Shown here: piece after piece, positions 38,142 through 51,000 of the stretch
Layout of the letters: each line of letters opens with the position of its first letter
How positions within the stretch are numbered: the first letter of the stretch is position 1
Virus record (IMG/VR): IMGVR_UViG_3300021255_001592
Direction: 5' to 3' (one strand)
DNA length: 64,000 nt
DNA from: an uncultured virus (IMG/VR IMGVR_UViG_3300021255_001592)
Lineage: Duplodnaviria > Heunggongvirae > Uroviricota > Caudoviricetes > Crassvirales
Notes under the pieces: generated by a model
What the model was told of the DNA's origin: nothing
Seen by the model: the letters and a program-made list of their open reading frames with translations, nothing else
Databases searched by the model: none
Position numbers and translations under genes: made by a program

Positions 38142-41100
38142 TTATTGATTATAGAAAGGAATTATCTCTTCAGGATTAAAGCTCTTGTATAATGTACTAT
38201 TCATTGGTACAAATGGAGATGTCATGAATATCTTGTAAGCTCTTGAATGCCCTTTGTATCTTCCAGACTGCATCTCTGTAGTCCAGTTCCAAGGATTAAG
38301 AATTCCAAGAGTTCCAAGCATATCTTCAATAGTATCAACTCCAGCAGCAGGAGATTTAAGAATCTTAAGTGCCTCATTAGCAAGCATTGGTGATGGCACC
38401 AATGATCCAATTTCAGCCCTTTGCCTCTTGAGTTGAAGCTCAAGCTCATTCAAGAAGAAACTTCTGCTCTTTCTATCAACATCTCCTCCTCCAAGCAGAG
38501 CAATACCAGCAATAATAGCAAGTAGATAGCCCACTTCAGTTCCAGCTCTCTTTATATTAGCCTTCTGTGGTTCAGTAAGATTATTCCAAGCCAAAGTTAT
38601 ATTAAGCTTATGGGCCTTAAGGTCCTTGCCTAATTGAAGAAGGAATTTACCAGCAGTGTTGTAATACCCCTCTTCCCAAGACTTGAGGTCATAGTTGTAG
38701 ATGGCTTTCCTAAATCTTCTGTCAACAGACGGTACAAGGTACTTTCTAAAGAGTAAGGCCATTCTTCCAAGGCCCACACTCTGAGCGACATTCATATCCT
38801 CTTTATTATATATACCATGCATCCTTTGGTTTATTGCAGCTGACTTTCTGGTGAACTCATAAATATCATCAGCATCAAATTCAGAACCATCTGGTTTAGT
38901 GTATCCCTCTTTGACTACAAGCTTGGCTCCATACTCAGGATGATGTTCATCAAGATATTTTACCTCAAGAGCGTCCCAAAGATTGGTGTCATTACCATCC
39001 TTATCTTTCATCTTGTAAGCATATGCAAGACCTATAGCAGTTCTATTCTGAAGCCAGTGTTCTCCACAGTTATTCATAAAGAACAGAGTATCCATCTCAA
39101 ACATTCTTGAATACCATTTTTTTCGATCAAAGTTGGTATTCTTTATCTGTCCCTCGTATTCTTGCATAACATTAAACTTCTCATCAAATAGAGACAGTTT
39201 ATTAGTCTTTACAGAGTTTCCATACTCCTTAAAGAACTCAGGCATAGCAAGAGCATAAGCCCTGTCACCTCTGAGAACATCTTTGTATTCCATGAATTCC
39301 TTGGCAGCAGCTTCTATTCTAAGCATAGAAGTACCAGTAACAAGATTGGTGATACCAGCTGTGAGATTTAAAGCAAGAGTATTAAGAGCCGTAATTGAAT
39401 TAAGCTGGTCAGCAAGCTTGCCTTTATCTATATTGGTGTTTCCAACAGTTCCCTCATCCTTTCTCCTTCTACTGTAAAGACTCATCTCATAAAGGGCATT
39501 CAGTCTTGCCTCAAAGTTAGTATCATACTTTCTAAGCTGCTTACCGACTTTATCTCCAAGTTTATCCAGCTTCTCAAGAAGAGGTTTATTGCCCTTGGTC
39601 TGTCCTACTCTGTGACCATTTTCCTTATCCAAAAGCAAATCCCTTCCAAGCTCCATTTGCTGAAGGATACCATTCATCTCATAGAAATCATTAGCCATGG
39701 CAGCATATGCTATCATGGTTGAGATAACATCAGTAGACAAGTCATCAGCTCTTTCTCCAGACATCATTTGAGTATAATATATGGGCAAGAAATTAACCTT
39801 TCTACCCTCAAAGTCTTCAAGGGCAGTGGCATAATCTACATCAGTATCGTCTCCTCTTCTGACAAAATTATCCTTGATTGCCTCAGCCACTTGTTCAGTC
39901 ATCTTACCTCCAGACATCATTCTCTCAAGAAAGTCTTTCCTGATTTTAATAGCGTTGAGTGTCTCTGTAGTTCCAGCAGGAAGTAACTTATCAAGCTCCT
40001 CCTTTATTTTCATGAACTCATCATAGAAATTAAGCTTATTAGAGTCTGTAACTTTATCTCTTGTAACATAAAAACCTGTCTTATGGCCATCAGTATCTCT
40101 TGCAAACATCCAATCAAAGTCCTTGATTCCAGCGTTCCTGGCTTTCATTCCAAGAACCTCAAGTTTCTTTCTTGTATCAATAGTCTTTTGCCTTCCCCTC
40201 TCCCTTGCTCTCTTTATTATCTGGTCAAGTAGTCTAATGACTTCATTGTCTGAGTTAGAGGCTGACCTAAGCCAAGCATCATACATTGATATGTCCTTAG
40301 GAGATTCCCATAAGACAGAAGCCAGTTTCCTTCCTTCCTCTCCAGTAAAGGGGTTCCTTTCCTGCTCTTCAAAGAATGGAGCCACAAATTCCTCAAATGT
40401 GGATTTGGCGGCTTTCTCATAAGCTCTCCTCAGTATTCTGATTTTATCAAAGGCACCTTTCACATCCTCAATGGCTTTGGCATATTCAGTTGTCTCCTCA
40501 GGAAAATCTTTCAGCTCAGCTTCAATATCTGACAAAATGCTTTCATAGGAATATATGAAATCCCTTGCCCTGTTAAGTCTGGCAGCTTTCTCTCTTACAT
40601 TCTTAAGATCTGCTATTTTATTAATGGCGTCAAGAGCGGACTTGATTCCCTTATGAGCTGTGTCGAGGAAGTCGTATACTCCAACAAGATATGCTTTCTC
40701 AGCCATATCCTTTTCAAGTCTCTCCTTAAGCTCTCTTTGTCCTCTGGTGTATCCAGAAGTCTGCCCAGGTCTCTTTTTTTCCTCCTCTTCCTCTTGAGCT
40801 TCTGGAACTCTGGCTTCAGCTATAGCCCACCTCTTACTTTGGTTCTCCAGAATTTTCTCAAGCAATGCCTTCCTTCTCTCAGCAGCTTCTGATTCTGGAG
40901 TTGAGACATTAAACCACACTTGAGCCTCAGCTTTCTTTACATCATATTCAAGTTTATTTTCAATGGCTTTATTAGCTACTTCACCATACATCCTTCTTGA
41001 TGCTTCTACTATGTCTCGAAGAGACTTTTTATCATACTTTGAGTACTGGTTCTTAGCACCATTCCAAGCCCTATTAAGAAGCCCATTAAGTCTCCTTGCT

Positions 41101-42029
41101 TGTTCCTCTTGATCAGCTGTGCTATTTCTTACCTCAAAGACATCTTTAAGATGAATGGCAAGCAGTTTACCCGCAGCTTCTTTGGCTAATCTGTAATTAT
41201 TACCATCATACCTCTTATAATAAGCGTCATACTCATCGCCAAGTATTGTATGAATTATCTCATCATCATTGACAAAGTCAATAAGTCTCTTAATAAGAGA
41301 GTTGTCTGTGCATGTCTCAATGACAAAGTGACTGAATTCCTCAGGCAATGCTTCTATTCCCCTTTCCCCAGAGGAAATCTTTATGAGATTAAGGAGACCT
41401 TCAGCATTTGTCTTTGACAAGTCAGTAAAATCAATTAATCCACTACCGAGTTCCCTTTCTTCAAGAAGAGAGAGAGCCTCAACACTTATACCTTGTTGCC
41501 TAAGGGTATCCAAAAGAAGGTTATGAAGTCCTATCTCATTGTCTATCTTATCCACAAGACCTGCATTCTCAGCTGTCTTGTGTTCCACTTCAATATAGAC
41601 TTTCCTGTTTCCTTCGCTATCTACCCTTGTTTTAGGAACAGCTATAAAGTCGTCAGACTCCTTATTATATCCATTAGCCCTTTGGTATGCCTCCCTGATG
41701 CTGTCAATAGTGGCCTCAGACTCTCTTGAATTACCATCTTTATCAACAAAGCCAGCCATTTTCATCTGTGCTTTTATAGCTTTCTCATTGGTGAGATCCT
41801 TAAATACCCCAGTGCTTATAACAGAACTAAGAGTGAATTCTCCATTAGAATCCTTTGGAAGATGGGCAAAATCACTTTGAAAATTATCACTCCTTATTTT
41901 TGAATAGATGTCAACAGCTCTTGTCCTGTCATTATTGACAGCACCAAGAATACCTGGAAAGAGTTTACTTTCTTTTATTTCTCCACTAGCAGTTCTAACT
42001 GATGGAGTAATGACACAACTTTCAGCCAT
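38142..42029 (-). CDS. large virion cargo protein co-transcribed with RNAP
   Basis: 1295-aa helical protein; degenerate zincin-like LPEEFSH; 2-nt gap from RNAP gene. Confidence 0.75.
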   Translation of the reverse strand: MAESCVITPSVRTASGEIKESKLFPGILGAVNNDRTRAVDIYSKIRSDNFQSDFAHLPKDSNGEFTLSSVISTGVFKDLTNEKAIKAQMKMAGFVDKDGNSRESEATIDSIREAYQRANGYNKESDDFIAVPKTRVDSEGNRKVYIEVEHKTAENAGLVDKIDNEIGLHNLLLDTLRQQGISVEALSLLEERELGSGLIDFTDLSKTNAEGLLNLIKISSGERGIEALPEEFSHFVIETCTDNSLIKRLIDFVNDDEIIHTILGDEYDAYYKRYDGNNYRLAKEAAGKLLAIHLKDVFEVRNSTADQEEQARRLNGLLNRAWNGAKNQYSKYDKKSLRDIVEASRRMYGEVANKAIENKLEYDVKKAEAQVWFNVSTPESEAAERRKALLEKILENQSKRWAIAEARVPEAQEEEEEKKRPGQTSGYTRGQRELKERLEKDMAEKAYLVGVYDFLDTAHKGIKSALDAINKIADLKNVREKAARLNRARDFIYSYESILSDIEAELKDFPEETTEYAKAIEDVKGAFDKIRILRRAYEKAAKSTFEEFVAPFFEEQERNPFTGEEGRKLASVLWESPKDISMYDAWLRSASNSDNEVIRLLDQIIKRARERGRQKTIDTRKKLEVLGMKARNAGIKDFDWMFARDTDGHKTGFYVTRDKVTDSNKLNFYDEFMKIKEELDKLLPAGTTETLNAIKIRKDFLERMMSGGKMTEQVAEAIKDNFVRRGDDTDVDYATALEDFEGRKVNFLPIYYTQMMSGERADDLSTDVISTMIAYAAMANDFYEMNGILQQMELGRDLLLDKENGHRVGQTKGNKPLLEKLDKLGDKVGKQLRKYDTNFEARLNALYEMSLYSRRRKDEGTVGNTNIDKGKLADQLNSITALNTLALNLTAGITNLVTGTSMLRIEAAAKEFMEYKDVLRGDRAYALAMPEFFKEYGNSVKTNKLSLFDEKFNVMQEYEGQIKNTNFDRKKWYSRMFEMDTLFFMNNCGEHWLQNRTAIGLAYAYKMKDKDGNDTNLWDALEVKYLDEHHPEYGAKLVVKEGYTKPDGSEFDADDIYEFTRKSAAINQRMHGIYNKEDMNVAQSVGLGRMALLFRKYLVPSVDRRFRKAIYNYDLKSWEEGYYNTAGKFLLQLGKDLKAHKLNITLAWNNLTEPQKANIKRAGTEVGYLLAIIAGIALLGGGDVDRKSRSFFLNELELQLKRQRAEIGSLVPSPMLANEALKILKSPAAGVDTIEDMLGTLGILNPWNWTTEMQSGRYKGHSRAYKIFMTSPFVPMNSTLYKSFNPEEIIPFYNQ

Positions 42030-42031
42030 AC

Positions 42032-45000
42032 TTATTTACTTATACTTATATTTACACAAATATCGTTTCCTTCATCATCTTTCTTGGAGCCATTAAGATA
42101 CCTTATCTCAGCGGAGACAGATTGCGGATCTTCTTCAGCAGTCTCAATTTCAGTATTCTCCTCCTCATATTCCTGAGAAACCTGAACAGCTGATTCTCCA
42201 TAAGGATTATCCAAGAAGTACTCTGATATATTACCTTTAGCTCCAAGAGGAGTAACAGGAATCATCTCAGCTTCAGTAGTTGATATCTGATTAAAGATGA
42301 AGAACCGCTTTTGAGTTTTACCATCTTCTCCCTTTGTCTGAATCATAATACCGTTTTTAAATACAGAAACGGGATATGGATTACTATTGGGGTCATGCAT
42401 CATCATAACAGTTACTACTGATGGTATGACATTATTGAGGTCTGTAGTATTAGCTGTTATGATTCTTCCTCCATTTCCAGACAAGTCTTTACTATCATTA
42501 AACATCTTCATTATTTCCTTAGCCTCCTTATCAGAAAGCTTGGGGAAAAGAGTCCTGTTTTCAGTATTATTTCTTAAGAAAAGTGTTCTAAAGGAGTTAT
42601 TTCCTCCTCTATCTTTTGTAGATACTCCATGTTTTCTTATGTCTTCAAGCTTATCTATATAGCCTTTGGCTCCTTCTCTTACAGATGTAGGTACAAGATG
42701 CGCAAATCCAGTAGGCGTGTATTTTCCAGAATATCTGACAATTGAGTAGGCAAACAAATTAAGAGCAAGATTTCTGGCATTGTCATTATCAGAATACATA
42801 AGAGCCTCCCAGCTTTGGGTAAGTTTGGCTTTACCATCCTTAGATAGTCTTCCTACAGAATCAAGTACAATAGTTGCTACAACATTTGTCTTAGAGGCAG
42901 GAACCACCTTCAGACCTTTTATAATAGGGATGTCATTAAATCTAACCTCCGTATCACCAGACTTATATACTACAGGATTACTCTCTTTTGCTTTCTTGAA
43001 AGTCTCAGGGAAATCTTTGAGAAAATACTTATACACATCCTCAGAAGACTTTGCCTTTCCCTTCAAAGAGGAAAACAAAGGAATAGAAGAAAGATTATAA
43101 AGTATAGTGGCGTCAAACAGCTTCTGCGCTGTCTCTACACTGACGTTATTATACTTTGTCCTCTTCATAAGGTCAGTGAGCATTCCCTTAAAGGGACCAC
43201 TATATTGAGGGAAATACGCAGCGAGAATATCTTGAGTCCTCTTTATTCCAAACTGTTGGAAAGCAGCCATGAATCCCAGAGGACTTTCTTTCATGCTCTC
43301 TATGGACATAGTTTCAGCAGCGTCATAGAGTCCCCTGTCAGCTTTTACAGTAGTTTCAATCTTTATCTCCCTAAGAATAGTGTCCATCATTAAAGGACCA
43401 GCAGCAGCATTTTGTGCATCAGCCCTGAGATTCTGAGTGACAGTATTCACAAACATAGCGTCATTCTCAGCGTTCTTGAACCAGAGACCAATGGCAAACT
43501 GCCTCTTATAGTAGTCAGCGTTCTTCTTTACTCCATTGCACCTGTCTTTATACATATCCTCAAGAGTGAAATCTTTGATGTCTATAAATCCATCAACATC
43601 ACCCTCATTTAATCCTGCTGCCTTAGCATACTTGGTAAGAATCTCATTCAGTGTTATTTCCTTAGACACACCATCAGAAAGACCTTTAGTCACAGCAGCC
43701 GCAAGCTCTTTGATAATAGGTTGGTTCATAATAGCGGCAACTTCCCTATGTCTGAATCCAAGCCTTATAAGCATATTGGACACATTGAATGTGAAATCAT
43801 TCTGCCCATTATCCTCAAGGGTAGGATCTTTTCCATTATCCACAGATGCTGCAAGATACTGAGCCATATTGTTGGTTATATACTCTCCCTCAGTATTTTG
43901 AACCCTATTTAAATCACTTAGATTCTTACCAAACAGGCTTATACTACCAAGAGCTTTAGGGTTATCATTGTACATTAAACTGAATTCAGAGTGCTGTAAA
44001 AGTGCCTGACCAGCATTATTCACAGCATAGATACCGATGGCCTTGGCTCCAGCAGAGTTCTGCTTATGGAAGTGAATCTGAGTAAGAGGAGAAAGCGGAT
44101 CTAATACTTTGCCATATTTTCCAGCAAGCTCAGCAAGCTCATCTTCATTAAGACTATTAAGCTTTTCAGCCACATTATCCTTGACTCCAAGAGCCTCACA
44201 GAGTTCATCATAAGTAAGGTTCTCAAGTATTCTTTGAATATGCGCTTGCTTTTTTACCTCCTCAAACCCTCCAGGCTTTACAAACCTCTGAAGAGTATCA
44301 GGATTAGTAAGAACAGAGAACATCATGTCTATAATAGCATTATTCCTCTTCTTTCTTGCTCTCTCCTTATCAGCTCTTGAAGGATTTTCTTTATTAGAAA
44401 GACCATCATCAAATGAGACATTCTTACCGTTAGCATCTGACTTGAATGTGCCTTTTATCTTTCTGAATTTAGGCCTATCAAGCTTATAATTCTCCTTATT
44501 CTCTTTCCACCAAGTCTTAAAGTCAGCATGAGCCTCTGTTATCTCATTGCCTTCTTCGTCTTCAATATCTTTGTCACTCTCATTGACTATAATATCAAAT
44601 ATACTATCAATCCAAGATTGAGCTTGAGCATATTTTTGATTGAATTTCTTGAAGTCTTGTATAGCCTTGCTCTTGTCATACCTGATTACATCAAACTCAG
44701 GAAGCATGATGTACATTTTATCAACATCAAAGTCAGAACCTGAGAGTGTGGTAATCTCAGCGGGAAGCATTATAGCTGAACCATTCTGTTGAGGTAAGAA
44801 GCCTACTATCTTAAGAGGAGCCATTGAGTACTTATCCTCAGTAGGAACACGATAACCAATAGCATATCTAAGTTCCTCAGGGAAATCATTCATGTCGAGG
44901 ATATAGTTCCCATCTTCAGTTTTCTTCATGAAAGCCTGATAGAACTCCTTAGCATAAGCAGGCATATAACACTCCATGTACTTGACATGGGTGTTACCTT

Positions 45001-48000
45001 TCTCATCAGTATCATAGACAACCTTCAGTCTATCTGAAAGTCCAAAGCTGGATACTTGAATACAGGAGCCTCCTTTTATCTTCTGCTTTGTTACAGTGTC
45101 CTTAATAACAGAGTTTATAAGACTTTCTACAAGCTCAGCTGTACTTTGGTCAAATAGAGGAATATTAAATCTTCCATCTACTATCCTGACAGCATTAACA
45201 AGGTCATTAGGATACCTGTCATTGCCCTTTATAGTTTCTACAAGAAGTTTCTCTATCTTTTCTGGAGTGCTAAATTTATCACTGACTTCATCGAAAGCTT
45301 GGGCTATATTATCTACGAGTATTCCATTATAGACTTTCCACCACTCTTCAGCAGTCATCCTTGTTCCAGCAACACTAAGCATAGTTCCTGGAGTAATATC
45401 AGCACCAATAAGCCTTCTTATCTGAGTACCAAACAGCTGCTCATGGTCTATAATGTGCTCAGGAGTCTGGGTCTGTATTCCATAATCCTCATAGCTTGCT
45501 GAATGTATAGTTACAGTACTCTTGCCATCGTCAGTTATTTTTCTAAGATGGTCAAGAACTTCTTTCTCATTCTGGTATTTATACTGAGAAAGAATCTCAT
45601 CATATCTTTCTTTATTTATAGTCCCCTTTTCTATTTGCTTGTCAAGTTCTTTCTTCAGAGCATAGGCATCTTTATATTCTGTTCCAGCATACTTAACAGG
45701 ACCTTCTTTATAATTAAGGTCTATAATACCTTGATTACCTACCTTGACAGCAGAAGTGAAATTTACTACATCAATGACATCATTAGGGTCAGGATTAGCA
45801 ACTCCCTTAGGATTATGCATAAACTGGTCTATAGCCCTAAGCTTAAAGGCATCTTGCATAGAAGTGCCTTCTACAAGTTTAGGCAGCATAGCAAGAAGAA
45901 GGAACTCAGAGTTCTTGTGCTGCATTCCCATCTTTATTTGCTCACCACTGGAAACTTGGGCATCTATTCCAGTCTGAGTATAAAGATAAGGTTTCTTAGT
46001 CTGGAATATCTGAGAGAAATCCTCTATAGTCCAATTGTCTGATTGAAAATTCTTATAAGCTTGCTCAAGAGCATCATTCCACTGACCAGACATTACCATC
46101 ATAGCCCTATAGGAATCAAGAGTCCTGTAAGCCTGAGCATCAGAAGAGTTTATGTTCTCATATTGCTTGAGTATATAGTCTCTTGAAGCTTTGCTTAATG
46201 TTCCATTATCTACTCTTTCATCAAGAGCTTTCTTAAGCTGTTCAAAGGTATTAGAAAGAATCTTCTCATCAGCTAAGTATATACTTCTCTCTATATCCTT
46301 GCCAACTCTTTCCCCATTATACTCAGCTTTTGTATAAAGCCTTAATGAAGGAGCATGAATCTCCTTAAACCTCTTTTGGAAATCAGTAGCATCTTTATAA
46401 TAGGCAAGGTCTGTAGCGAATATCTGCTCTATTTGAGAAGTAGCAAATCTTGAGTTCCAGACATACTTTGAAATCATCTCACGATGCTCATTCTTCTCTA
46501 CCCTCGGTACAGATTCTTTATTTAACTCAGATGCTTTGGCAAACAGCCTTTGTCTATCATTATAATTCAGACTATAAGGATTAGCAAGATACCTTTCCGC
46601 AAGCCTTGTGAAATTTTTGTACCTTTCCCTGTCAAGATTATTGAGAGTTTCTTGGATATAGCTCCTGTTGCCTTGCATCTGGGCATCAATATCAGTATAT
46701 CCCTTGAGATATTTGAACTTGGCATTTTTACCAGTACCGTCCTTGTCAAATACTCCAAGTTCCCTGAATCTGTTATATGTGTCATCTACATCTTGTTCAA
46801 CAATTTCTCTTACAGCCTTGTCTATAAGATTGTGAATAGAAGTATTAAGCTCAAGTCTCTTAGTCTCATCTCCTTTTTCTTTAGCTTCTGCTCTTTGTTT
46901 TGTAAGAGAATCAAGTTGCTCCAAGAATCCACCATTCTCATCTTTCCAAGTGTTAAGTTCAGGGTAGAAACAGAACTGAAGCCCTCTGGTATCAAAATTA
47001 GCTATTTTATCAGCTTTGCCTTCCTTTATTCTTTGATTCCTTTCCCTTACAAGCTTTATTCTATTATACTCTTGTACGACAGTAAGCCTCATTTGCTTAA
47101 GAAGCTTGTCTTGGTAGCCTTCGTCTACCTCTTTTGTGAACTGCACAAACTCCGCAGAGTCAGTGTCAGAGAGCATAGGAACATAATACCAAGCAAGTTT
47201 ATATCCCTTCTTCTTATCTACAAGAGGAGCATTGAACTCTCTAAGCAAACCAAGGGCATATCCAAGGCTATCAGTCTCAAAGAAGCCTTTCTTATTGAAA
47301 TCAAGAACCACTTTGTGTTTAAGCTCTTTCCTAAGCTCTTTGTCTTCAGCAAGCTGTCTGAGCCAAGAATTAAGCCATACGCCATCTTTCTTAAACCAGT
47401 TAAATTTACCGTAGTTTTCCTCAATATAATTGTCGCACCTCTTCTCATCGTTATTAGCATCAGAAAGTTCTTTCATCACTCTTCCAAGATAATTTGGAGT
47501 AGTGTATGAGTTTCTTGTCTTATCCATATGGTAGAAAGAACCTTCTGTGGCACCATCTCCTATATAACCAATAGTTTGAGCTATTGCCGTATATGCTCCT
47601 CTGAATTCAGTAAGTATATCAACAGCTGGAATCTTACCTGTCTCAGCATTGGGGGTGTAATACTTTTCATCTTTATTTAGCCCTCCAGTAATCTGAGATA
47701 TGCTGGTAAGAATACTAGTAATACCAACAGGCTGACCTTCAGAAATCTTATAGTCTATAAGAGCCCACCTTAACTCATCACTTTCTTGGTCTATACCTAT
47801 GGAATGAAGCACATCCATAAGCAAGTTCCAATTAGACTTCTTATAGGCAGGATTTATAGTATCCAAGAAATCAGAAATCTTTTGGTTTTTTACTTCAGTA
47901 GTTGAGCTCTCTTTGTTTATAGCATTAACACCATCAAGTATGGCTTGCAGTTTAGGGCCTACTTTATTTAAAAGATTGTTCCTATTTACAGTACCATCAG

Positions 48001-51000
48001 AATTAAATACAGACTCTTGGCCTCCTATCTGTATTCCTCCTTCAGTATTATATTTCCAAGAGGCAAGAAGCCAACTGGTGTTTTCTCTGCTGTTAAGAGG
48101 GAACGTAGTGTCTTTCTCATAGTGTCCATCAGCATCTCTCTTATACCTTGAGGACCAATAAGAAGTAGCATCTTTTCTGAAATCCTGATAGAATGCTGCC
48201 TTAAGCTGAGGGTCTTCAGCTAAGATTCCTTCATATTTACCGTTTTCTCCTTCTCTAAGAAGTTGCCTTACAAATGAATACTTCTTACCAAGTTTTATAA
48301 GAGCAGGCTCAAAGTCATCTGAATTGACCATATTAGCTAATCCAAACAAAAGGATAGCGTGAGCATGTTCTGGATCCAGATACTTCATCTCATTAAGATC
48401 CGTGAATACAGGATACCCCTCAGTATCATACTCATAGAGATTCATAAGAGCTTCTCTGGTTCTTTGAGACAATGATGTTATGTTAGGAATGCTTCTAAAG
48501 TTGTTCATCCAAGATTCAGGAGCAGATTCTTCTTTATCCATAACATTATTAGTCTCATCCTCAGAATTGGAATTATCCTCATTAAGGGTGTCTGAGCTCT
48601 TAATTTCTTCTTTACCAGTATTATTTGGACTAGTAATATCAATGATTATTCTCTCAAGTTTCTTTATTTCAAGAGTAGCTTCCTCTGCAAGAGGCCAGAA
48701 ATTGTCTTGAACTTTCTTAAACTCGTCTCTCTTATGCTGGTAATTCCACTCAATGTTGCTCCTGTCATCATCATTAATGTCACTATCCTCAAGACCATAA
48801 GTGTCAAGATATTCCTGAAGTTCGGAGTCTTGAGTAATATTTTCTGGATTATAAGACTCTCTTATATCATTAAATAAGTTCTTTACACCATACTGTCTCA
48901 AGAATGCTTGTTTAGTGAGAGTGGCATACTCACCATATAATGAGGCAGCCTTGGCATCATCACCAGCATCTTCTGCTTCTTTAACAGCATCAAGCAGTCT
49001 CTGTCTCTCTTGCTCATATTTTTCATTAAGAAGCTTAGAGAACTTTCTGGCTATTGATTGTACCCTGTCTCTCTTTATTGCTGGATTATCAGCATAAGCA
49101 GCATTAAGAGCATTCCTTTGGGTAGTAAGCTCTTGAGATGTTATTATAGGAGCTTCTTCTTTTTCTTCAACAGGTTGCTGTGGAGTCGTTTGTTGTTGAG
49201 GCTGTTGTGAAGTTACTTCATTCCAATGATCTGTCCAATTCTTACTAAACACTACATTAGACGGAATAGGACCAGCATCTTTGAACATCTGAATCATCTC
49301 TCTACCAGTGTAGCCATTGAGAGTAGTCTCATTTAATCCATTTGTATAAGCAACTTTGAACTGCTTATCAGGATTTTGCCTAGCTACCTCATACATCTTC
49401 TTGATGCCTTCAATGATTTGCTTTGGAAATATTGACCTAAGTCCGTTGTTTTCTTTTACTCTCAAATCCTTTGTAGGCAAAGCATAAGCATTACCCTGTA
49501 ATCCTTCACCTTGACCATAAATAGCTCCAAATTGTTCTCTGGCTACTTTAGCAGCTCCAGCACCATGTCTGCCTTCTGGATTACTACCAAATACAAATAC
49601 AGTATTTGCGTCTGGAGTTATTTTGCCTTCATAAGAAGCTGGAATGCCGTTTTGCTGTTGAGTTTGATTAAACCTTCTTTCAAATGACGCTCTATCCGCA
49701 ATATCTTTTTTGTCTGTTGTTCTAAATACAAATCCTTTAGGAGCATGTACAGAAGAAGGAATTCCTAACCTTTGAGCAGCAATAATGCCTGCCTCGTCTA
49801 CACCAGTTTGTCCACCACTTCTTATTTCTGATATAGCAACTCCAAGTCTTTGAAGTTCTCCTATTACTGCTGTTACCCAATCATTAAGTTTTTCTTGTGT
49901 TAATCCAAAATTACTAAAAGTGTAAATACCATTTCCAGCAATGTTTAGCTTTACATTGTTTTTTGGCAACCCTTGTTTCTCTATTTGGGTAAGAAGTCTT
50001 CTTGCTGTTTCTGGAAAATAATTTACTGGATAATCTAAATTAGTTCCACTTTCTGTGGTAAGTACAATTTTTTCTCCCACATATTTATTACCAGCAACTT
50101 TTTTAGTAAGCCTCTCTCCGGCAGTATTAAAGTCTACTGCTAAAGCTAAAGTAATATCAGACCAATCAGCATTCTCTTTAGTTCTCTGAGCATACCCTCC
50201 AGTTGATTCTGTAATCTTTACTGTTTGCTGCCGGTTTTGCTGCTGTACTGTTTGTGTAGGACTCCACAGGTCAGGGTGCCTTCTCTTGAAATCTTCTCTT
50301 GCTGCTTTATATGCCTCAGGATTAACCTTCTTCATATAATTAAATATGATATTAAGGTCATCTACAGACATTGGAATATCTACGCCACCCATGTAGATTT
50401 CCTCAATCCTATCTACAGCCTCTAGAAGAGTCATCTGGTCTTCTTTACTTAAATCATCTCCTCTTAAGCCGTTAAAATCCTCAAAGAATGACCCACCACC
50501 TTCAAAGTTTCCACCAAACTCGTTATTGAAGAATCGTTCTTGAATACTACTTTCAGTTATAGATTGTTGCTTTTCTGGAGCCTGTTCAAGCATCTTTCCA
50601 ATGTCAGAAAGATGCTCAGACTGCATACGCATAGCATACAGTCCTATTTCCCTAGCTTGATCAAGGGCGGTTTTCTTTAATGGCTTCCCAAATATATTAT
50701 TAAAGAAGTTAACTATAGCATCCCAGATTTCTTCAAACAAAGAATTGAATTTTTTCTCATTCATTGCTGGCACAGTATCAAGTACCTTTTGGAACTCTGG
50801 ATTTGAGAATGTTTCAGCCAAGAATTCTGCTGGATTTGTGAACCCATAAACTCCGGCAGGTAATGTAGCTCCCCATAATTTTGAGGGAAACACATCATTC
50901 TTAAATCTTTCAGAAGTAGACATGAAGTAGTCTCTGATATAATTCATGAACTCTTCAACTTTCTCATTGAGTGCTACTCCATTTTCATCATGAACACCTA

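Noticed and set aside
45503..47509. 179-aa and 319-aa plus-strand ORFs opposite the RNAP gene
   Set aside because: Antisense shadows rich in I/F/L/S as expected from the reverse complement of K/E/D codons
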